Source: an uncultured Gammaproteobacteria bacterium (GTDB taxonomy: Bacteria; Patescibacteriota; Patescibacteriia; SBBC01; CAIJZX01). From it: DNA of 64,000 bases. Within the stretch, counting starts at the first letter, position 1; each line of letters begins with the position of its first letter. The position numbers and the translations under genes are program-made. Location: the NCBI GenBank assembly GCA_964397195.1, contig CAYNGY010000001.1, positions 269,415 to 333,414 on the forward strand, in the 5' to 3' direction. Positions 58,633 to 64,000 of this stretch are shown piece by piece. The notes under the pieces are model-generated. The model made no database searches and was not told the origin of the DNA. It saw only the letters and a list, made by a program, of their open reading frames with translations.

Positions 58633-59151
58633 ATGATTCGGACGTGTATCGTTCATCAGTTTTCGCCGCAGCTTGACGTACTGCTCACGGCGTATGCACA
58701 TGTCTTTACCCGGGCATTTCCGGGCCATCCCTTCGAGGACTCGCTTGCCCAGGCGCGTCACGAGATCGCTCGCGGCGATCGCTTCATCTTCGCTCTCGAC
58801 GAGGATGGAAACGTTCTCGGGTTCGTCACGTGGGAGCGGCATGGCTCGCCGTCAAATCGCCTCGCCGAACTCGAACACATCGGTGTCGACCTCACGAATC
58901 CTGCCGCTCGCGGCATCGGTCGTGATCTGATCGCCGCCCTCGAAGCGGATGTCCACGAGATCTACCGACTACATCGCTTCCCGGGCGCGCGAAAGATCTT
59001 CCTCCTGACGCACGCTGAGAACAACCGCGCGCAGAACCTCTACCGCAAGTGTGGCTTCGTCCACACGGCGACGCTCCCGGAGTTCTGGCATCCGCGCAGT
59101 GACCATCGCAGCGGGGACGAGTACTACTTCGAGAAGTCCTACCCGGACTAG
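58633..59151 (+). CDS. GNAT-family N-acetyltransferase
   Basis: 172 aa from ATG with GGAGG SD; acetyl-CoA binding-like motif (GIGRDLI) and a GNAT-typical C-terminus. Confidence 0.7.
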   Translation: MIRTCIVHQFSPQLDVLLTAYAHVFTRAFPGHPFEDSLAQARHEIARGDRFIFALDEDGNVLGFVTWERHGSPSNRLAELEHIGVDLTNPAARGIGRDLIAALEADVHEIYRLHRFPGARKIFLLTHAENNRAQNLYRKCGFVHTATLPEFWHPRSDHRSGDEYYFEKSYPD

Positions 59152-59190
59152 CCTGGCACATCGCGCTCCGCCTTCGCGGATAATCCGCGG

Positions 59191-59231
59191 CCCGTCATCT
59201 CCCTCGTGAGATGGCGGGTGATTTTTTTGTT
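59191..59231 (+). terminator. rho-independent terminator
   Basis: CCCGTCATCTC...GAGATGGCGGG followed by TGATTTTTTTGTT. Confidence 0.8.
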
Positions 59232-59322
59232 CGGTCGGTTCCCCACGCGGTTCTCGGCCTGGCTGGAACGATAAAGGGTGATATATCCTTCGACCCGGGT
59301 GGAGAGGGGGAATACCATACGC

Positions 59323-59352
59323 TTGACAGCTCCTTGAGTACTCAAGTATTAT
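59323..59352 (+). promoter_or_regulatory. promoter with embedded 12-bp palindromic operator (TTGAGTACTCAA) for the MarR gene
   Basis: TTGACA, 18-bp spacer, TATTAT; perfect palindrome at 59334-59345 in the spacer; -10 ends 8 nt before the ATG (near-leaderless). Confidence 0.6.
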
Positions 59353-59360
59353 ACAACTAT

Positions 59361-59795
59361 ATGACCCACCTCAGCCCATCAATCAATTTCTTTATCCAGC
59401 TCGCCAAGACGCAAAACCGATTGACGAATCGCTTTGACCGCGCCCTCGGCGGCCTGAGCCTAACCGAGCTCCTCGTGCTCCTGAGTCTCGAGCAGGCCCC
59501 GGATCATCGACTCCGCCGTGTCGAACTAGCTGCCCAAATTGGTGTCAGTGCCTCGGGCGTGACCCGGATTCTCTTGCCCATGGCCAAGGTCCATCTCGTC
59601 AAAGACGGTACGGTGGCCGATGACGCTCGGGTGCGAACGGTCATGGCGACGGCCGCCGGTCGCGATAAACTGCATGACGAATTGAAGCGTCTCCAATTCC
59701 TTGTTGATGAATTACTGCCGGATGGCACCCGCAAAGACCTCGGCGCGACGACGGAATTCCTTGAGGCCCTCGGCGGGCGGGCGATGATGCGGTAG
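59361..59795 (+). CDS. MarR-family transcriptional regulator
   Basis: 144 aa, winged-HTH pattern (LSLTELLVLLSLEQAPDHRLRRVELAAQIGVSASGVTRIL). Confidence 0.75.
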   Translation: MTHLSPSINFFIQLAKTQNRLTNRFDRALGGLSLTELLVLLSLEQAPDHRLRRVELAAQIGVSASGVTRILLPMAKVHLVKDGTVADDARVRTVMATAAGRDKLHDELKRLQFLVDELLPDGTRKDLGATTEFLEALGGRAMMR

Positions 59796-59867
59796 GTTGT
59801 CGCGCGAGTAGTGCGAGCCGGGTGGCGCGGGATTTGACATCCTGTTCGCGCGCTTTAGACTTCGACT

Positions 59868-60149
59868 ATGACATCTTGGTGGCGGCGGACAACATCTATG
59901 CCGAATGACGTGACTCGGGTGGAATTCGATCTGGCGATGCGCCGTATTGATGAGCGTTTTGATACGATGGAAAGACGTGTCGACTCCCTCGACACTGTCT
60001 TCGTCACCAAGGATGAGTTCAACACGAAGTTGGATGAGGTGATGGTTATCTTGCGTCGCCTCGATCAGGAACGCATCTTCACTCTCGTCTGGATCCGCCG
60101 GATTGATGCCGATGTGGCGCTGTTGAAAGAGCGGGTTGCGCGCCGCTAA
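59868..60149 (+). CDS. hypothetical coiled-coil protein
   Basis: 93-aa ORF with an Arg/Glu-rich heptad-like pattern. Confidence 0.4.
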   Translation: MTSWWRRTTSMPNDVTRVEFDLAMRRIDERFDTMERRVDSLDTVFVTKDEFNTKLDEVMVILRRLDQERIFTLVWIRRIDADVALLKERVARR

Positions 60150-60247
60150 CGCCCGAGGGGTGGGAGATGTATCAACAGGTCGGGTGATTGCTCGCGCCGC
60201 GTGGTTTTGCTACCCTCACCACAACCTATTTATTACACCTAGATCAT

Positions 60248-60673
60248 ATGATTGATTTCTCAATTTCGTGGATGCCGTTCCTGACGGTGGCGGTCGCTAA
60301 TTTCTTCCTGAGCTGGGTATATTATTCCCCGGTCTCCCCATTCTTCCGAATGTGGCAACGCGGACTCGGAATGGATCCGAATAATCGGACGATGACCGAC
60401 GACCAAAAGAAAGCTATGCCGCGCTTGATGATGGGCGCAGTAGTCGGGACGCTCCTGCTGTCGTACGGGATGCAGGTGCTCGTTCGCAGTCTCGACCTGA
60501 CGACGTTTTCTGAGGGGATGCTGATTGGCTTCGTCGCCTGGTTCACCTTTGCGGTGACCCACAGCTTGAACACCCAGTTTGAGGGCCGCAAGCCGGTCAT
60601 CCTGGTCATCAATGATCTTTGGTTCTTGATCACCTATCTCGGATTCGGCGGTCTGCTCGCCGTTTGGCGCTAG
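60248..60673 (+). CDS. DUF1761-like small membrane protein
   Basis: 141 aa, 4 TM helices, resembles the DUF1761 family. Confidence 0.55.
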   Translation: MIDFSISWMPFLTVAVANFFLSWVYYSPVSPFFRMWQRGLGMDPNNRTMTDDQKKAMPRLMMGAVVGTLLLSYGMQVLVRSLDLTTFSEGMLIGFVAWFTFAVTHSLNTQFEGRKPVILVINDLWFLITYLGFGGLLAVWR

Positions 60674-60692
60674 GTACACATACCGCCAAACA

Positions 60693-60718
60693 AAAAAACC
60701 GCCGCGGGGCGGTTTTTT
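60693..60718. terminator. bidirectional rho-independent terminator (copy 1 of an identical 26-mer)
   Basis: AAAAAACCGCCGCGGGGCGGTTTTTT; identical copy at 63201. Confidence 0.8.
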
Positions 60719-60725
60719 CTTCAGG

Positions 60726-61265
60726 TTATTTGTAAATTTTATCAAGCGTTGCTTCGTGTGGTTTGCCGATCGATTGGATCGTGTACCGTGGAAAAAGTGT
60801 CCGGAGTTTGCTGCGACGGAAAAGCTGATCAACCGTACCTTCACGTTCTTCATATGATAAACGTGACAGTGATCGGTAGAGAATAAGGTGGAGGAGTTCA
60901 TGCGCAATCGTTTCTACCACCCGTGGTACCGGATCGGTTTTTATAATGCGGAGAAACAAGCGGTTCGGGCGACGAAACTGGCCCTCTGGTCCAAATATTG
61001 AAACGTGGCTGATGTATACTGGTCGGACGTCTGCAGTCGAAAATCGTCGTACAATGGAAAAATAGGCACGCTCTTTTTTGCGCCATGCACGCTCTACCGT
61101 ACGAATGTCAATCGGGGACGGCGTGCCTAGAGTGAATAATGCAGACTTTGGGAGAGGAAGATTCACGGGCATGCGTTGACGACGAAACCACGTCCGGAGT
61201 TCTTCGAGGTCGCGCTGATGCGCGCGCTCGCGACGGATATCGTGGGAAAATGTGACGGTAGGCAT
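60726..61265 (-). CDS. hypothetical HExxH-motif protein (putative metallopeptidase)
   Basis: 179 aa, IAHELLHL motif; lies immediately downstream of the rSAM gene. Confidence 0.55.
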   Translation of the reverse strand: MPTVTFSHDIRRERAHQRDLEELRTWFRRQRMPVNLPLPKSALFTLGTPSPIDIRTVERAWRKKERAYFSIVRRFSTADVRPVYISHVSIFGPEGQFRRPNRLFLRIIKTDPVPRVVETIAHELLHLILYRSLSRLSYEEREGTVDQLFRRSKLRTLFPRYTIQSIGKPHEATLDKIYK

Positions 61266-61290
61266 AAGGACAGTATACCGCCAGTTGCGT

Positions 61291-61331
61291 ACAAAGAAAA
61301 CAAAGGATCCGGGTCGGCCTCCACCGACCCG
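61291..61331 (-). terminator. rho-independent terminator (minus strand)
   Basis: Perfect 9-bp stem CCGGGTCGG/CCGACCCGG with a T-rich tract on the minus strand. Confidence 0.7.
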
Positions 61332-61347
61332 GATTTAAGGTGTTGCG

Positions 61348-62718
61348 TTACTTGAGCAACCCGCAGGCATGCATCGTGACGATGAGTTCTCGGGCTTCCT
61401 GCTCCGCCGTGACGTTTCGGGCGAACGCGTCACGGATCTGGGCGACGACGTCGCCGATCGTTCGGGTGCCGTCGAGTAGCTGGAGCGTCTTGGCGCCGAG
61501 GGACGAGAAGGCGAGAATGCCGAAGCCCTTGAAGTAGCCAATCGGGCCGTTGATGTCGGACCGGATTCGGTACTGGCGGGTCACCGACAGCCGCGTATCG
61601 TCTGAGATGATCGCCCTCACGCCCATTTCCTTGGGCGTGCGGAGGTGTTGCCACCATTCGCGGGCTCGATACTGCATCATCCCACCGAGTCGACGCGACA
61701 TCGTCCAGACGTTTTCTTCTTCGGGCGTCGGGATGAACTCGTCCGGTGCGTAGAGATGTGCGCCCGGTCGTGAGGCAGAACATCCAGCCCCACAGAAGTG
61801 TGGGCACACGCGGCACTGCCATGGCAGGTGTTCCAGAGTGCGCATGGCCGCCAGTCGTTCCGTCCAGATCGTGGTCAGCGGAGTCGTCAGGATGTTGCCG
61901 AGCGTTCCGTTGAGGATGGAACAGGACTTGACGTCGCCGGTGAAGGAGATGTGGCCGAACCCGGTACCTTGCCAGCAGCCGGTGACCAGATCCCAATCCG
62001 CGACTGGGATCGTGCAGAGAGGGAAGGCGTCACCCATGACGGCGTTGATTCCGGTCTCGGCTTTGACTCGCCGCATCTCCGTGAAGAGCCAGCGGTAGTC
62101 CTTGAGGGACAACCGATCTTCGTGCCAGGTGGCGACCGCCTCGCCGGATGGACAGAGCCTCCCGACGCCGATTTCGTCAACCGGCACGTTGTCCCGACGG
62201 AGATCCCTCGCCATGGCACTGAGCGTCCGGTAGTTGGCTTGGGTTGGGGTGAACAGTAGGTTTATGGCGATGCCCGCGTCATGGCAATACCGGAGCCCAC
62301 GAATCGTACGTTGGTACGCTCCCGGGACGCCGACCATTGCATCGTGCACCGGCTCGGGTCCATGTAGCGACATTGCGCCGCTGGTGATTCCAGAGGCAGC
62401 GAGCGTCTTCGCCATCTCCCCCGTAATCCTGGTCCCGTTTGAGACGAAACCCATGAAGAAGTCGAGCTGTGCGGCGTACGCGACGAGCTCGCGCCAGCCG
62501 TTGAGTGTCGTGAATTCTCCGCCGAACCACCGAATCTCGAAGACCTCGGCATCAGCGAGAGCATCGATCACTCTGCGCACGCGCTCGACAGGCGGATTCA
62601 CATGGCGATGCGTCGCCGAGTTACTGAAACACGGGCCACACTTCAAATTACAGACGAGTGTCGCCTCGAGGTTCACCGAAATCGGCGATTTGAGCGCGGT
62701 GAGGACGTGGGGGTCCAC
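61348..62718 (-). CDS. radical SAM/SPASM-domain peptide-modifying enzyme with C-terminal PqqD-like (RRE) domain
   Basis: CNLKCGPC (CxxxCxxC), SPASM cysteine clusters (CWQGTGFGH...C, CRVCPHFCGAGC), C-terminal about 90 aa with a PqqD-like pattern (LLDGTRTIGDVVAQI...); GTG start at 62718 preceded by AAGGAGA. Confidence 0.8.
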   Translation of the reverse strand: MDPHVLTALKSPISVNLEATLVCNLKCGPCFSNSATHRHVNPPVERVRRVIDALADAEVFEIRWFGGEFTTLNGWRELVAYAAQLDFFMGFVSNGTRITGEMAKTLAASGITSGAMSLHGPEPVHDAMVGVPGAYQRTIRGLRYCHDAGIAINLLFTPTQANYRTLSAMARDLRRDNVPVDEIGVGRLCPSGEAVATWHEDRLSLKDYRWLFTEMRRVKAETGINAVMGDAFPLCTIPVADWDLVTGCWQGTGFGHISFTGDVKSCSILNGTLGNILTTPLTTIWTERLAAMRTLEHLPWQCRVCPHFCGAGCSASRPGAHLYAPDEFIPTPEEENVWTMSRRLGGMMQYRAREWWQHLRTPKEMGVRAIISDDTRLSVTRQYRIRSDINGPIGYFKGFGILAFSSLGAKTLQLLDGTRTIGDVVAQIRDAFARNVTAEQEARELIVTMHACGLLK

Positions 62719-62779
62719 GGCACTCTCCTTGTCGTTAGGTTGGGCGCGCTGGCGATGAAGCCAGCGCGCCCAACGGTGA

Positions 62780-62956
62780 TCACTTGCAGCAGCGGCAGGT
62801 GCACTCGCCGGCGCAGCGCATCGTGGCTTCACGGCGTGCATGCTGAGCGAGCGACCCGCGATTGCTCTGGACGACCGAGAACATGCCGACGGACGGGTTC
62901 GGGCTACCCCGACTCATCCCGACGAGCGTCATCAGGCCACGAAGAACGCGAGTCAT
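62780..62956 (-). CDS. 58-aa Cys-rich peptide, candidate RiPP precursor
   Basis: MTRVLRGLMTLVGMSRGSPNPSVGMFSVVQSNRGSLAQHARREATMRCAGECTCRCCK; SD GAGAGGAGGAAGGC 7 nt upstream; 59 nt upstream of the rSAM gene on the same strand. Confidence 0.55.
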   Translation of the reverse strand: MTRVLRGLMTLVGMSRGSPNPSVGMFSVVQSNRGSLAQHARREATMRCAGECTCRCCK

Positions 62957-63001
62957 GCCTTCCTCCTCTCTTGTCCCGAAACCGAAGGTAGAAAACGAGC
63001 A

Positions 63002-63089
63002 ATGTCGTATTCACGACATTGAGTTAGGCAAAATGCCCTCGCTTCGTCTTCGACGTCGAGAACTTGTAAAGGTTCTAGGCTGAGCCTAG
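63002..63089 (-). promoter_or_regulatory. upstream region of the peptide gene with two perfect palindromes
   Basis: ATGTCGT-attc-ACGACAT (63002-63019) and CTAGGCT-g-AGCCTAG (63075-63089); TTGACA on the minus strand at 63105-63110. Confidence 0.4.
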
Positions 63090-63200
63090 CAGAAAATTGA
63101 GATTTGTCAACCGCTAGATCTGCCGTCTGAATTACAGAGCGCCTTACCAAGGCCTTGCTTTTCAACTTGAACGGAAACACCGTGCGAAAACAGTTGTCAC

Positions 63201-63226
63201 AAAAAACCGCCGCGGGGCGGTTTTTT
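63201..63226. terminator. bidirectional rho-independent terminator (copy 2 of the identical 26-mer)
   Basis: Identical to 60693..60718. Confidence 0.8.
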
Positions 63227-63238
63227 GGTCTGATGGCG

Positions 63239-63634
63239 TTAGCCGCGCATTTCCTGCATCAGGCTAGCGCGGTTGCCTTCGGTGTCGGTAAACGAGACGT
63301 ACATGCCGACCCCCGGAATGGCGACCGGTTCGCCGAGGATTTTTCCGCCGGCGTCGGTGATGCGGTGCATCGCCGCTTGGATATCATCGACCGCAATCAC
63401 CACTGAAGGAATCGGGGACGAAGCGGCTTCTTTCAAGAAAAACCCGCCGTTGATATTGCCCGGTGTTTTGACCATTCGGTTTTCGTCGGTCTCAGTCGTA
63501 CCGGCGGTGATGTACCCGCCCATCTCCGGGCCGGTGGCATTCATCGTCCACCCGAAGGCCTGTTGATAGAAGGCGGAGACGCGATCGGCGTTCTCGTAGG
63601 GCATTTCGAAATGGACGACGGGGTTTGGGTTCAT
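63239..63634 (-). CDS. VOC-family (glyoxalase/bleomycin-resistance/dioxygenase) protein
   Basis: 131 aa, betaalphabetabetabeta-module pattern typical of the VOC superfamily. Confidence 0.7.
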   Translation of the reverse strand: MNPNPVVHFEMPYENADRVSAFYQQAFGWTMNATGPEMGGYITAGTTETDENRMVKTPGNINGGFFLKEAASSPIPSVVIAVDDIQAAMHRITDAGGKILGEPVAIPGVGMYVSFTDTEGNRASLMQEMRG

Positions 63635-63749
63635 AGGGGTGATAAAGAGTGAATATTTCTGGCTCTAGTGTAGCAAGGGTGGGTTCGGTCGTGAAGTCGG
63701 TCGGCCGTTGCTTCATTCGAGTCGGACCGCATGATATACTGGGGTCACT

Positions 63750-64000
63750 ATGGCTGAACGTCGACGACCGCGCGCCCGCGAGCGCCAACCTGAACCGGAA
63801 CGGAGCGCGATGGACGTGATGCGCGATTTCCATCGTTCGACCATCGGAAAACTGGTCGAATTTGCGTCGGCCGCGACCGCCGCTGGAGCCATCGGGTATG
63901 GTGGGATGGAGTACGCCCGCGGTCAGCAAGCCCATGCCGAAGCCTGGAAACAGTTCTCGCACGGCGATCACCGCACCGAACAGATTAGCCATGAAACGCT
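63750..64000 (+). CDS. hypothetical protein, 3'-partial (runs off window)
   Basis: ORF starting MAERRRPRAREPQPE... remains open to the window end. Confidence 0.3.
   Translation, partial: MAERRRPRARERQPEPERSAMDVMRDFHRSTIGKLVEFASAATAAGAIGYGGMEYARGQQAHAEAWKQFSHGDHRTEQISHET

Noticed and set aside
1-64000. CRISPR arrays, rRNA genes, IS elements/transposases, integrases
   Set aside because: No regularly spaced direct repeats with unique spacers were found. There were no 16S/23S/5S-like conserved stretches. There were no DDE/serine/tyrosine recombinase motifs in any ORF. The only dispersed repeats are the short terminator units and the tRNA 3'-end copy.

Overview
This 64 kb window starts with a typical bacterial spc/alpha ribosomal-protein cluster (rpsC-rplP-rpmC-rpsQ-rplN-rplX-rplE-rpsN(Zn type)-rpsH-rplF-rplR-rpsE-rplO-secY-adk-map). 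It has no rpmD (L30) gene between rpsE and rplO, and no infA-rpmJ-rpsM-rpsK-rpsD-rpoA-rplQ block after map. That pattern is characteristic of Candidate Phyla Radiation (Patescibacteria)-like genomes. Downstream are housekeeping genes: ruvX, a GT4 MraY/WecA-like transferase, dnaJ preceded by a perfect CIRCE operator, dus, cysS, dnaX, a short pyruvate kinase, a UbiA prenyltransferase, and a tRNA-Gln(CTG) with a duplicated 3' end. Between them sit many hypothetical membrane, secreted and lipoprotein genes. Base composition is clearly mosaic. Several high-GC blocks encode secreted proteins (one with a T9SS-type C-terminal sorting domain), and one AT-rich block carries a type II restriction-modification pair (a DPPY methyltransferase plus a small PD-(D/E)XK-like endonuclease). 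Other notable items are a VirD4/TraG-like coupling-protein ATPase operon and a TfoX-N competence-like protein. A PIF1/RecD-like helicase is flanked by two GIY-YIG nuclease genes, and a fused polysaccharide deacetylase/GT2 synthase (PgaB-PgaC-like) is present. A 1205-aa surface protein carries about 225-bp tandem repeats, and a three-gene operon ends in a membrane-anchored single-AAA Clp-like ATPase with an ATGA-coupled 47-aa peptide. The most interesting feature is at 60.7-63.2 kb. It is a compact minus-strand module made of a 58-aa Cys-rich peptide (C-terminus MRCAGECTCRCCK, strong SD) and a radical SAM/SPASM enzyme with a C-terminal PqqD-like domain. An HExxH protein lies next to it, the module is bracketed by two identical 26-bp bidirectional terminators, and a MarR regulator and a VOC/glyoxalase-family gene are nearby. 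I read this as a candidate, probably undescribed, RiPP (ranthipeptide/sactipeptide-like) biosynthetic locus. No rRNA, CRISPR array or recognizable transposase was found.
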